Positions 35,972 to 49,240 are shown, numbered from the whole stretch's first letter. The stretch: DNA of 62,951 nt, filler included, from Octopus bimaculoides (GCF_001194135.2; 4 parts of 3 records of this genome joined end to end with filler, not necessarily neighbours in it); one strand, 5' to 3'. Made by a program: numbers and translations. Notes: generated by a model from the sequence alone, not told the origin.

Positions 35972-36538
35972 NNNNNNNNNNNNNNNNNNNNNNNNNNNNN
36001 NNNNNNNNNNNNNNNNNNNNNNNNNNNNNNNNNNNNNNNNNNNNNNNNNNNNNNNNNNNNNNNNNNNNNNNNNNNNNNNNNNNNNNNNNNNNNNNNNNNN
36101 NNNNNNNNNNNNNNNNNNNNNNNNNNNNNNNNNNNNNNNNNNNNNNNNNNNNNNNNNNNNNNNNNNNNNNNNNNNNNNNNNNNNNNNNNNNNNNNNNNNN
36201 NNNNNNNNNNNNNNNNNNNNNNNNNNNNNNNNNNNNNNNNNNNNNNNNNNNNNNNNNNNNNNNNNNNNNNNNNNNNNNNNNNNNNNNNNNNNNNNNNNNN
36301 NNNNNNNNNNNNNNNNNNNNNNNNNNNNNNNNNNNNNNNNNNNNNNNNNNNNNNNNNNNNNNNNNNNNNNNNNNNNNNNNNNNNNNNNNNNNNNNNNNNN
36401 NNNNNNNNNNNNNNNNNNNNNNNNNNNNNNNNNNNNNNNNNNNNNNNNNNNNNNNNNNNNNNNNNNNNNNNNNNNNNNNNNNNNNNNNNNNNNNNNNNNN
36501 NNNNNNNNNNNNNNNNNNNNNNNNNNNNNNNNNNNNNA

Positions 36539-36621
36539 TACGGACAATAGGTGAGAGCTGGGATTGAAACTTCAACTGCGAATTGTTCGTCCAGGGCCAG
36601 GCCCGATGCCGTCAAGAATGG
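36539..36621 (-). other. Candidate spliced exon running into an N-gap
   Basis: Strong acceptor on the minus strand (TTCCATTCCTATTTCTGCATCAGTTCAGTTTCGATCTCTCTTGCAG|CC). The GC-richer downstream sequence reads AILDGIGPGPGRTIRS* or PFLTASGLALDEQFAVEVSIPALTYCP. Confidence 0.3.
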
Positions 36622-36753
36622 CTGCAAGAGAGATCGAAACTGAACTGATGCAGAAATAGGAATGGAAATAATCCCATAGTCTTCATTTTGTTTGTTTATT
36701 CTCCTTGGAAATATATTTGTATGAAGCCTAAGTCTCTTTCTCTCTGTCACTAC

Positions 36754-36797
<44 letters not shown>

Positions 36798-36908
36798 ATA
36801 TGTGTGCGTGTATATATGTGTGCGTGTATATATGTGTGCGTGTATATATATGCATGTGTGTGTATGTGTGTGTGTATATATATGCATGCGTGTATGTATG
36901 TGTATATA

Positions 36909-36953
<45 letters not shown>

Positions 36954-37803
36954 ATATATACGTATGTGTGTATATGTATATGCATGTGTGTGTATATGTG
37001 TGTATATATGCATGTGTGTGTGTTTGTATGTAATATGTGTGTGTATATATATGTATGTGTGTGTATATGTATATGCATGTGTGTATATGCATGTAATATG
37101 AATGTGCGCGTATATATATATATATATGTTTATAAGCATGTGTTTGTATATGTGTGTGCGCATATGCATGTGTGTGTATATGTCTGTGTATGTGTGTGTG
37201 CGTTGATATATACTCAACAAACCCAGCACTGAACTATCAAGAGCCCAGCCCTATGCTTTTCCTCTGCTCAATTTGGTTCGACGTCCTTCAAACTCCATCA
37301 CCACCACCAACACCACTACTACTACTACTACCATCATCACTGCAAACGCTACCACCACCACCACCACCACGCCCACTATCACCACCAGCATCACTATTAC
37401 CATCACCATCACCACCACAAACACTGCCACCACCACCACCACCACCACCACCACCACCACNNNNNNNNNNNNNNNNNNNNNNNNNNNNNNNNNNNNNNNN
37501 NNNNNNNNNNNNNNNNNNNNNNNNNNNNNNNNNNNNNNNNNNNNNNNNNNNNNNNNNNNNNNNNNNNNNNNNNNNNNNNNNNNNNNNNNNNNNNNNNNNN
37601 NNNNNNNNNNNNNNNNNNNNNNNNNNNNNNNNNNNNNNNNNNNNNNNNNNNNNNNNNNNNNNNNNNNNNNNNNNNNNNNNNNNNNNNNNNNNNNNNNNNN
37701 NNNNNNNNNNNNNNNNNNNNNNNNNNNNNNNNNNNNNNNNNNNNNNNNNNNNNNNNNNNNNNNNNNNNNNNNNNNNNNNNNNNNNNNNNNNNNNNNNNNN
37801 NNN

Positions 37804-37871
<68 letters not shown>

Positions 37872-38020
37872 GTTTATATATATGTATATATATAGTAGCA
37901 TTATATTAATATAATATATATATATGTACATGTATTTGTATACATACGTTGTGTATATACATAAATACATGTATATATATTTGTGAATGTGTGTACATGT
38001 ATGTGTATATATATGTATAG

Positions 38021-38066
<46 letters not shown>

Positions 38067-39119
38067 CTATATGCATATATATGTATGTATATATGTATAT
38101 ATGTATATATGTATATATATATGTATGTGTGTATGTATATATAGGTATGTACGTATATGTATGTATGCATGCATATCGTAGAAGTGATTGTAAATATAAT
38201 TAGACAGAAAACCTTATAGATAGGTAGATATTTGGAAAGGTCATACGCAACCTCACAAATGAAAGCGTGGTGAATACGGGTTATCCTTTACAGCTGTTTC
38301 GGGAGCTTGGTGCTCAGTAGACAGATCGGTGGTTAGCAAATGATCTAAAATAACACAAGCTTAAATTATACGATCAGTGATATGGTTCGGTCAAAACATT
38401 AATATATCTGAATACATTATACGCCTTTTGAACGTATTCTTACTGTTGTAATCTAGAAGTCTTACATGACGTGACAAGACAAACCAATAATACAAGAAAA
38501 AGGTTGAAAAAATGTTAGGTAACAGCAGTGAAGTTTAAAAAGTTATGCGTAAAATATATAAATAATAAATGTTAGTAATTCCAGAAAAAAAGAACAATAA
38601 TTAAACACTAGATTAATTAAAAGTAAACAGCTGGGTGAATGAAAACGCCTGAAAGTCCATATTATACGACTCCTTCGAGATCTCGATGTACGTCTTATAC
38701 TGGTCGGTCCGAGAAGCTTCCATTGAGCCCTTGGGGGGAAATCAGAAAAGAATGGCTTAAGCCGTGCGGCTAATTAACAAAAAGAAGCTGTAGACTTTGT
38801 TAGAGTCCTTTATTGTCATCCTTTCATTAATTTACTACACCCAGTCTGCCTCTATCTTCTCTCTTTCCGATGACCATGTATAAAAGTTCCACTTCATCTG
38901 TCAGGCCTTTATTGGGCAAAGAGAGGAGATGAAGGAAAAGCCTTCTTGTTGCAAAACTCTTTGTTTCCCCATTAGTGTCGCGTGAGATCCTGTTATTCTC
39001 AGGGTGGGGGACTGAACCGCTCTTCTTGTATTCTATACATTTTTAAAGTGGGATGATGTTTTTGGAGCATGCTTGTTTGCTTTTTCCTTCCTTTTTTTTC
39101 ATTGTCATTTATTTTACTG

Positions 39120-39640
39120 ATTTATTTATTGTTCTCGAACATCATTTTGATTATCTTCTCAAGCCCCCAGTCCCTTTTCAACTGGTTGCTTCGGTTAAGG
39201 AACAGATTACTTGGTCGCTGGTTTCCTCTTCCGGTCACAAGATTGGCTTCCTCCGCCATCACCACAGCTGTGATTAATGGTGTTTGGGTAATTGTGTTTT
39301 GTTACTCTTGTTTCTATTATCATTGTGTTTCTATCTTCCCCAGCTCTTCAGGGCAAATACCTCAAAAGGTTTATACTACCCTGGCTGCAACAACTGAGCT
39401 TCTGCCCTTCACCATCAGCTCATCCACTTTTGTCTCCAGAAACTATCGATAATATCCAGAAATATCTGGTCTGGTGGTGCTTACCGGAGATGGAGGCGTT
39501 GCTAGTTTGGAACAATTTTTACATGCACGGATGTACCATCATCTGGGCTTGTCAAAATGCTCGCTGAACGATGAAACTGTGTTTCGTGCCTTTTGTTCAA
39601 TGTCTGGACATTACTGACCTGCGGAGTACCTGGTGATTTT
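39120..39640 (-). mobile_element. Heavily decayed LINE 3' half (RTE-like)
   Basis: Only fragmentary peptides (QRLHLR, FWRQK, GRGNQRP) in the expected order. Confidence 0.3.
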
Positions 39641-39780
39641 TTTAAACTTCTTTACTCACAACATTCATGTCATTTGGTATGGCTACATCAATGATCTGAC
39701 AGTATTTGTCTCTATTATTCAATATGACAATATCCAGCCGACGGTATTCGATTACACGAGCCGTCTGAAAATCATAGTCC

Positions 39781-39840
<60 letters not shown>

Positions 39841-39848
39841 TGTTATTA

Positions 39849-40066
39849 AGACGATGAGCTGGCAGAATCGTTAGCACGCTGCAAGGAATACTTAGCGGTA
39901 TTTCGTCAGTCGCTACGTTCTGAGTTCAAATTGCCTCGAGGGCGACTTTGCCGTCTATCCTTTCGGGGTCGATGAAATGAGTACCAGTTACGCACTGGGG
40001 TCGATGTAATCGACTTGTCTCTTCCTCCCAAATTCCAGGCCTTGTGTCTTTAGTAGAAAGGAGTAT
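39849..40066 (+). mobile_element. SINE family C (full length)
   Basis: GATGAGCTGGCAGAATCGTTAGCACG...CGCACTGGGGTCGATGTAATCGAC...CCTTGTGTCTTTAGTAGAAAGG. Confidence 0.9.
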
Positions 40067-40067
40067 T

Positions 40068-40115
<48 letters not shown>

Positions 40116-41686
40116 TGTTATGCTTAAAAATGCTACAATCGGTTGATCAACGGACAAAATGATGTGCGATATTAAGGGGGGAGTCTTGGAGAATCTCCAT
40201 CAGAAATCATAACCTTCTCACGCCATTTCCCTTTCTTCGCCATCGTCGACGTCACCGCTACCACCACATTCACCAGAGCCATCATCACCATCGTCGTAGT
40301 CGTCGTCGTCATCCTCGTCATCATCACCATCATCATCATCATTAACATCAACATCATCAACATCATCATCATCATCATCATCATCATCATTATCAACATC
40401 AACATCCTCATGCTCGTCGTCATCCTTCTCCTCCTCCTCNNNNNNNNNNNNNNNNNNNNNNNNNNNNNNNNNNNNNNNNNNNNNNNNNNNNNNNNNNNNN
40501 NNNNNNNNNNNNNNNNNNNNNNNNNNNNNNNNNNNNNNNNNNNNNNNNNNNNNNNNNNNNNNNNNNNNNNNNNNNNNNNNNNNNNNNNNNNNNNNNNNNN
40601 NNNNNNNNNNNNNNNNNNNNNNNNNNNNNNNNNNNNNNNNNNNNNNNNNNNNNNNNNNNNNNNNNNNNNNNNNNNNNNNNNNNNNNNNNNNNNNNNNNNN
40701 NNNNNNNNNNNNNNNNNNNNNNNNNNNNNNNNNNNNNNNNNNNNNNNNNNNNNNNNNNNNNNNNNNNNNNNNNNNNNNNNNNNNNNNNNNNNNNNNNNNN
40801 NNNNNNNNNNNNNNNNNNNNNNNNNNNNNNNNNNNNNNNNNNNNNNNNNNNNNNNNNNNNNNNNNNNNNNNNNNNNNNNNNNNNNNNNNNNNNNNNNNNN
40901 NNNNNNNNNNNNNNNNNNNNNNNNNNNNNNNNNNNNNNNNNNNNNNNNNNNNNNNNNNNNNNNNNNNNNNNNNNNNNNNNNNNNNNNNNNNNNNNNNNNN
41001 NNNNNNNNNNNNNNNNNNNNNNNNNNNNNNNNNNNNNNNNNNNNNNNNNNNNNNNNNNNNNNNNNNNNNNNNNNNNNNNNNNNNNNNNNNNNNNNNNNNN
41101 NNNNNNNNNNNNNNNNNNNNNNNNNNNNNNNNNNNNNNNNNNNNNNNNNNNNNNNNNNNNNNNNNNNNNNNNNNNNNNNNNNNNNNNNNNNNNNNNNNNN
41201 NNNNNNNNNNNNNNNNNNNNNNNNNNNNNNNNNNNNNNNNNNNNNNNNNNNNNNNNNNNNNNNNNNNNNNNNNNNNNNNNNNNNNNNNNNNNNNNNNNNN
41301 NNNNNNNNNNNNNNNNNNNNNNNNNNNNNNNNNNNNNNNNNNNNNNNNNNNNNNNNNNNNNNNNNNNNNNNNNNNNNNNNNNNNNNNNNNNATATATACA
41401 CATATATGCACATGCGCGTTAATATTATAAATAGATGCATATGTATATTACAACAAGACAAGCATATATCATACACACATACGGGTATGTGCATATCTGA
41501 AAAATCTGGAGCACATGTGCAGGCAGCTAGATACATACATACATACATACATACATACATACGTACGTACGTACAGACAGACAGACAGACAGACAGGCAG
41601 ACAGGCAGATAGATAGAGACATGGATTATATATTATATGCTGCAGACTATACACTACACGTTGTGTATTAGCTTATATGCATACCA

Positions 41687-41733
<47 letters not shown>

Positions 41734-41802
41734 GTGTGTAGAATTTTCTCGATTGAATAAAAGGGAGAAAATAATTAGGACAAAGGGGACAGCAGCAGCA
41801 GC

Positions 41803-41837
<35 letters not shown>

Positions 41838-42300
41838 CAGCAGCAGCAGCAGCAGCAAACAGGATCGGGTGGGAACGCGATGGAAGAGAGAGAAATAAGG
41901 GGACGAAAGCNNNNNNNNNNNNNNNNNNNNNNNNNNNNNNNNNNNNNNNNNNNNNNNNNNNNNNNNNNNNNNNNNNNNNNNNNNNNNNNNNNNNNNNNNN
42001 NNNNNNNNNNNNNNNNNNNNNNNNNNNNNNNNNNNNNNNNNNNNNNNNNNNNNNNNNNNNNNNNNNNNNNNNNNNNNNNNNNNNNNNNNNNNNNNNNNNN
42101 NNNNNNNNNNNNNNNNNNNNNNNNNNNNNNNNNNNNNNNNNNNNNNNNNNNNNNNNNNNNNNNNNNNNNNNNNNNNNNNNNNNNNNNNNNNNTCTTTCTT
42201 TTCTCTTTCTTTCCAATTTTAGGGTTTAAAAAAAAAAATTCCATTTTCTCTTTCCCCCTCCCCCTCCCCCTCCTGATTAAATCACTATTATTTCATTATT

Positions 42301-42357
<57 letters not shown>

Positions 42358-42699
42358 GAGGCTAAAGTGATTAATGAAGTGTGCACGTGTTTATAGACAT
42401 CATCATTAAAACTGCAAGCGGCAGTTGCAACAACAACAACAACAACAACGACAGGAGCAGCAGCAGCGCTTTCTGCTGCTGCAAGAAGAACAATAGCTTA
42501 TAATAGCTGTGCAATAGGTGGTGGTGGTGGTGGTGTGGGTGAGAGCGGTGGTGATGTTAGTACTGATGTATTTGATGATGATGATGCTGGTGATGATGGT
42601 GATGCTGTTGATGGTAAATGGCGAATTTGTCAATCACGAGAAATGTATATATAATCCATTATCGATAATAGTGAATGTCTCGTTAGCAAACACTGGCTT

Positions 42700-43130
42700 A
42701 AACAGGTCAGGAATCCAAACCGGGACTCAAGCTAGGCAGTAGTTTAAATTGTGGATCTAACAGTGAGTCGAGCAAAGGTTCAAATAATGACTCAAACGTG
42801 GCTCAAATTGAGGCTCGACTAGTGAGTCAAACAGTGGCTCAAGTAGACGTCTAAATAAGGACTCAAAGAATGAGTGAAACAATGACTCAAACTTTGGCTC
42901 AAACAGTGACCGAAATAGTAGCTCAAAGAGTGGATCAAACAGAAGCTCAAATAATAACTCAAGTAAAGACAGGAGAAGTGACTAAAGCAGTGACTCAGAC
43001 TGACCCAAGCAGAGCGTCAAATAGTCGCTCAAAAAGAGGCTCAAATAACAGCTAAAAATGGGACTCAAATAATGGCTCAAACAGTAAGTCAAAGATTGAC
43101 TCCAGTACTGACTGGAACAGAGGTTCAAAT
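42700..43130. repeat. Ancient 12-bp-period minisatellite
   Basis: Recurring (A/G)TG(A/G)CTCAAACA; translates as 4-aa periodic xxQT/VAQT or FEPL. Confidence 0.8.
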
Positions 43131-43378
43131 ATCTCCCTTATATTAACAGTCCTCAAGGGGGCACCACGTGTATAACTGAGTTTATGAAAAAACAACTTTG
43201 TTACCGTTGGAATGTATTCGATCCTTGGACCAGTGAAACTAGGCTGAACTCTGATCAACAATATATAAGTATAAATGATAAGTTGAGCACCTCTACGCGG
43301 CCCTTCGACTTGCTAGAAATAGCAATAATCTCTCTCTCTCCTGATCCACTACCATCTTTAATATAATATAATATAAAT

Positions 43379-43570
43379 GAATATGTTGTGTAACCGAATC
43401 CCTGATATATGGCAGAAAGAAAAACTTACTGTTGCTTTGAATGTGATCGAATATTTTGTATAACCAGAACCTGGATATGTACCAGAACGGAAGACCCTCT
43501 GTGGTGTTTAATATGAACGAATATGTTATATAGCCGAGTTATATATGGATATGTGCCAGGACGAAAAATG
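43379..43570. repeat. ~70-bp degenerate tandem repeat x3
   Basis: Units start GAATAT(G/T)TT(G/A)T.TA.CC and contain GATAT.T..CAG.ACG.A. Confidence 0.6.
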
Positions 43571-43914
43571 GATCTTTTAAGATTTTTTTTCCAATTAACA
43601 GAATTTTCTCAAATTTTCTACATTGGTGTAGATTTGCATGCTGAGGACGAAAATCGCATTCATTTTCTATAGAAATTAATAATAAAAGTTACAAGCCATT
43701 AAAGTTTTGCAATTTTATCGAGTCGGAAGCCTCCATAGAAGTCGCAATTATGATGGTTACAAAAAAATTTTAAATACTCCGGAAGAAGTCTGGTCACGGA
43801 TGATACCCATTTGGAGAGGTGAAATTTTCGACTGGGTCTCCTTCACACACCATTAACATAAAATGTGAATAAGTAATATCGACCAAAACATAAAACAATA
43901 CGTTGATTATTTAT

Positions 43915-44065
43915 TTTACTTGTTTCAGTCATTGGTCTTCGGTCATGCTGGGGCACCGCCTTGGTTGGCTTGGTCTAACAAATCAGCCCCTCAAATATTT
44001 TGTTTAAAACCTGTTTCTTATTCTATCGATCGCTATTGCCAAACCACTATGTTGCGGGGACATAA

Positions 44066-44108
<43 letters not shown>

Positions 44109-44651
44109 TACATACATACATACACACACACACATATATATATATATATANNNNNNNNNNNNNNNNNNNNNNNNNNNNNNNNNNNNNNNNNNNNNNNNNN
44201 NNNNNNNNNNNNNNNNNNNNNNNNNNNNNNNNNNNNNNNNNNNNNNNNNNNNNNNNNNNNNNNNNNNNNNNNNNNNNNNNNNNNNNNNNNNNNNNNNNNN
44301 NNNNNNNNNNNNNNNNNNNNNNNNNNNNNNNNNNNNNNNNNNNNNNNNNNNNNNNNNNNNNNNNNNNNNNNNNNNNNNNNNNNNNNNNNNNNNNNNNNNN
44401 NNNNNNNNNNNNNNNNNNNNNNNNNNNNNNNNNNNNNNNNNNNNNNNNNNNNNNNNNNNNNNNNNNNNNNNNNNNNNNNNNNNNNNNNNNNNNNNNNNNN
44501 NNNNNNNNNNNNNNNNNNNNNNNNNNNNNNNNNNNNNNNNNNNNNNNNNNNNNNNNNNNNNNNNNNNNNNNNNNNNNNNNNNNNNNNNNNNNNNNNNNNN
44601 NNNNNNNNNNNNNNNNNNNNNNNNNNNNNNNNNNNNNNNNNNNNNNNNNNN

Positions 44652-44682
<31 letters not shown>

Positions 44683-44850
44683 TATACACGACGAGCTTCC
44701 TCACAGTTTCCATGTGCCAAAATCACTCACAAGGCTTTGGTCAGTTCGGGGCTGTAGTAGAAAGGGACTTGCCCAAGGTTGCGCTGCACAGTGGGATTGA
44801 ACCTGAAACCACGTGGTTGCTAAGCGGATTTCTTTACCGCAGCTACGCCT
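43915..44850 (-). mobile_element. SINE family B spanning an N-gap in its internal microsatellite
   Basis: 3' half 43915-44070, (CA)/(TA) tract, gap, then 5' half 44688-44850. Confidence 0.8.
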
Positions 44851-45874
44851 GTACCTATGAGCCATGCCTGCGCCTGTGGAGCTTTGCCTGCGCCCTAAGC
44901 CGTGCCTTAAAAATAAATGGTTTCCAACTCCATATAAACCTGCTAATTTAATACAAGGAATTTGGTTCATAATTTCGTAAGTGGCCCCATTTCCGTAGCT
45001 TTCGGTTCCAATGTTTATACGAGAGGAAACGCCATTAAACGCACGTGCCGTTACTTCAAATTCGTTGTACGTAAAATACAGCGAAAACAACAAACATATT
45101 GCTACAGAGGGAGGTGCGTGTGCGTGCGTGCGTGCGTGCGTGTGTGCGTGTGTGTTTGTGTATGCGTGTGGTGGGGTGCATGTGTGCGCGCGCGTGTTAC
45201 ATGGAGTTGGCGCGAGTTATGTTGCGTGTGAGTTTGGCGTTGAGCTCGTTTTAAAGAGAAATGTTATTCTTTGCAATTACATAAAATATTAGAAATGAAC
45301 ATATATATATATGGGTGCGGTGAGGTGGGTGGAGTTTGTGACTGTGGGTGCGCATATTTGTGTGTGTAAGCGTATGTGTATGCATTTGTTTGTTAAATGA
45401 ATGGATGCATATGTGTGCATGTATGTATACACATAGAAAAACATATACCCACACATATGTACATGTACATTTGTAAATATATAAATATATATATNNNNNN
45501 NNNNNNNNNNNNNNNNNNNNNNNNNNNNNNNNNNNNNNTTAATTAATTAANNNNNNNNNNNNNNNNNNNNNNNNNNNNNNNNNNNNNNNNNNNNGTATGT
45601 ACGTATGTATGTATGTGTAAATGTATTTAGAATAATATAAGTTAAAACAAAGTCTAGTTTTCACGTTTTTTTAATTATTGTACTCGCTAACCCTGTGCTA
45701 ACTGTAGTATTTTATTTATAAAAGGGGTATAAAATAAGGTGCATATTAATCACCGATACTAATATGCGTATACTTCCCTTGTACATGCACTCACATACAC
45801 ACATATATTCAGAGTTGAAATGCTGTTTGATTTTTCTTTTCAGCGTTGAACGTTCACCATCCCATTTCCATTGC

Positions 45875-45921
<47 letters not shown>

Positions 45922-46557
45922 TACACACGCACATACACACACAAACACACACGCACACACAAACATTCACATATCTTTCTTTTACATACACATACATACA
46001 CTCACACAGCGTTGAAGCGCTGGTTCTTTCTCACCTCTCCTCTCGTTATTCATCTAGCACCCCTTCTTTTCTCATTCATATGTTGTGACGGAAAAAATAG
46101 AAGATATACGACGCGCTCTTTGCCGCTTCCTTTCTCTCANNNNNNNNNNNNNNNNNNNNNNNNNNNNNNNNNNNNNNNNNNNNNNNNNNNNNNNNNNNNN
46201 NNNNNNNNNNNNNNNNNNNNNNNNNNNNNNNNNNNNNNNNNNNNNNNNNNNNNNNNNNNNNNNNNNNNNNNNNNNNNNNNNNNNNNNNNNNNNNNNNNNN
46301 NNNNNNNNNNNNNNNNNNNNNNNNNNNNNNNNNNNNNNNNNNNNNNNNNNNNNNNNNNNNNNNNNNNNNNNNNNNNNNNNNNNNNNNNNNNNNNNNNNNN
46401 NNNNNNNNNNNNNNNNNNNNNNNNNNNNNNNNNNNNNNNNNNNNNNNNNNNNNNNNNNNNNNNNNNNNNNNNNNNNNNNNNNNNNNNNNNNNNNNNNNNN
46501 NNNNNNNNNNNNNNNNNNNNNNNNNNNNNNNNNNNNNNNNNNNNNNNNNNNNNNNNN

Positions 46558-46594
<37 letters not shown>

Positions 46595-46699
46595 AAACGG
46601 AAAGTTGCATTGTGGAACTGTCATTTTAACGAGCTTTTTTCATTTATTTATCACCCGACGAATTTGATTTCACTACCCTCATCTGCGTTTCTTACCGTG

Positions 46700-47118
46700 A
46701 GGTAGGCTCGTCTGGAACCCATGACAGGAAGAGATCCTGTTTTGTTTTAAAGACATTTACATCGACATCATGTGGGTCTCTCAGGCATTGTGGACGGATA
46801 TTGAATAGCGGTAGGCCATTGAAGTCCAAGCTGTTGCAGTATCTCGTCCTATATTTTGATGGCGATGCTGGGATCTTTGGCACTATGCAGTAGCGCCTTG
46901 TTCTGCAGTTTGAGTAACTTTCAGTGGCAAAGTTTGGTAAGGGTTAGGGTTAGGGTTAGGGTTAACCAGGATTTTCCAGATGTATATCACTGCATATCTC
47001 TCCCGCCATCATTCTAATAACAAGAGTCTTAATTCTTTCAGCCTTTCCCAGTAGCTGATACGTTGCATTGAGACGATTTTCTTAGTGTAGCCTCGTTGGA
47101 TTGCTTCGAGTTCCGTGA
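46700..47118 (-). mobile_element. CR1/L2-like LINE RT C-terminus and 3' end (decayed)
   Basis: ELEAIQRGYTKKIVSMQRISYWERLKELRL..LE*WRERYAVIYIWKIL..PNF...RYCNSLDFNGLPLFNIRPQCLRD..VDVNVFKTKQDLFLSWVPDEP. Confidence 0.82.
46938..46964 (+). repeat. Short interstitial telomeric sequence TAAGGG(TTAGGG)3TTA
   Basis: Directly visible inside the LINE coding remnant. Confidence 0.9.
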
Positions 47119-48245
47119 ACAGATAACAACCTTAAATATTAGGGATGAAATCATCTCTCTGCATATACAAGCAATGTTTCACACTTAAACACTTCATAGA
47201 GGAACCATCACCTGTGCCGCTAATCCTACCAGGATAGTGCCTTTCCTGAACGTGAAATTTGAATATACATAACACACAAAATCCACACACAAAAGAAATA
47301 TACCCCCATGAGGAACTACCTCAGCAAACAAGCAAACAAACATCACATACACCCAGAATATAATGCAAGCAAATTTACCATCCGACATGAATGTTTGCCC
47401 AAACGTTAAACCCGCGGGAGATAACCATTCAAAAGATGTCCTCCAAGAGTAGTGCACCTTGATTTATTGAATTCAACGTGACGTGAGTTCAACGAGACCT
47501 TGTGTTCATCTAAAATGGAGACGAACACCATTTCTCCAACTGACTGGCTAGANNNNNNNNNNNNNNNNNNNNNNNNNNNNNNNNNNNNNNNNNNNNNNNN
47601 NNNNNNNNNNNNNNNNNNNNNNNNNNNNNNNNNNNNNNNNNNNNNNNNNNNNATATATATATATACATATGTATATATGTATATATGTATATATGTGTAT
47701 ATGCACGTATACACACACATACACCCTCCCTCATGCAAATATACTGCTAAAGCAATAGTTTATATAGTAATTATAGGTGTTGCAATAATGTTATTGTGTA
47801 CCAGTTACTTTCTAAGTTAGTATTAATATGAAAACAGTTAAGACTTACATTTTTTACAAAATAAATATTTACATTTATATTAAGATATCTCTAAAACCAG
47901 TGATCAAATTGCCAATTTCCTTGACTGTAAACTGTAGCCTGTGTTATCATAGAAAATTTGATATATCAAAACTAGGGTTTTTAAGTTTCACTTAATTGTT
48001 GACCGAGAAAATTCAGTTATTTTCTAATATAAATGTGTCTTTATCTCTGCTGCAACTTACAAATACCTAAATTCAATAAATTAAATTAATTTTCTCTATG
48101 AATTCTATATAAACATATCTATATCTAATTTCTGTTCACACATTTCTCAAGTCGTATATGTAAATAAAACTTAACATGTCTAAACTTACATATGCATTTG
48201 ATGTAAATCACCTAATACTTAGCGTCACACCATGCATTCGCGCAG

Positions 48246-48291
<46 letters not shown>

Positions 48292-49240
48292 TTGTTTGAT
48301 TTCGAAATGAGTTGTGCTAAAAAGTGCAGTTTACAATTCTTACTTTGCAAATCTTTATTCTTTGCTTTATCTCTGCTGCAATGACGGTTAAACATGCTGT
48401 CATGGCAACAGGGATAAATCTGTGCATCACTNNNNNNNNNNNNNNNNNNNNNNNNNNNNNNNNNNNNNNNNNNNNNNNNNNNNNNNNNNNNNNNNNNNNN
48501 NNNNNNNNNNNNNNNNNNNNNNNNNNNNNNNNNNNNNNNNNNNNNNNNNNNNNNNNNNNNNNNNNNNNNNNNNNNNNNNNNNNNNNNNNNNNNNNNNNNN
48601 NNNNNNNNNNNNNNNNNNNNNNNNNNNNNNNNNNNNNNNNNNNNNNNNNNNNNNNNNNNNNNNNNNNNNNNNNNNNNNNNNNNNNNNNNNNNNNNNNNNN
48701 NNNNNNNNNNNNNNNNNNNNNNNNNNNNNNNNNNNNNNNNNNNNNNNNNNNNNNNNNNNNNNNNNNNNNNNNNNNNNNNNNNNNNNNNNNNNNNNNNNNN
48801 NNNNNNNNNNNNNNNNNNNNNNNNNNNNNNNNNNNNNNNNNNNNNNNNNNNNNNNNNNNNNNNNNNNNNNNNNNNNNNNNNNNNNNNNNNNNNNNNNNNN
48901 NNNNNNNNNNNNNNNNNNNNNNNNNNNNNNNNNNNNNNNNNNNNNNNNNNNNNNNNNNNNNNNNNNNNNNNNNNNNNNNNNNNNNNNNNNNNNNNNNNNN
49001 NNNNNNNNNNNNNNNNNNNNNNNNNNNNNNNNNNNNNNNNNNNNNNNNNNNNNNNNNNNNNNNNNNNNNNNNNNNNNNNNNNNNNNNNNNNNNNNNNNNN
49101 NNNNNNNNNNNNNNNNNNNNNNNNNNNNNNNNNNNNNNNNNNNNNNNNNNNNNNNNNNNNNNNNNNNNNNNNNNNNNNNNNNNNAAAACAATAAAAGAAT
49201 ATATATATACATATATATATATATTTATATATATACACAC

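Noticed and set aside
41790-41856. Symmetric (CAG)n(TAG)n(CAG)n tract suggesting polyQ with amber codons
   Set aside because: An ordinary compound microsatellite derived by C>T change and slippage, with no surrounding ORF evidence.
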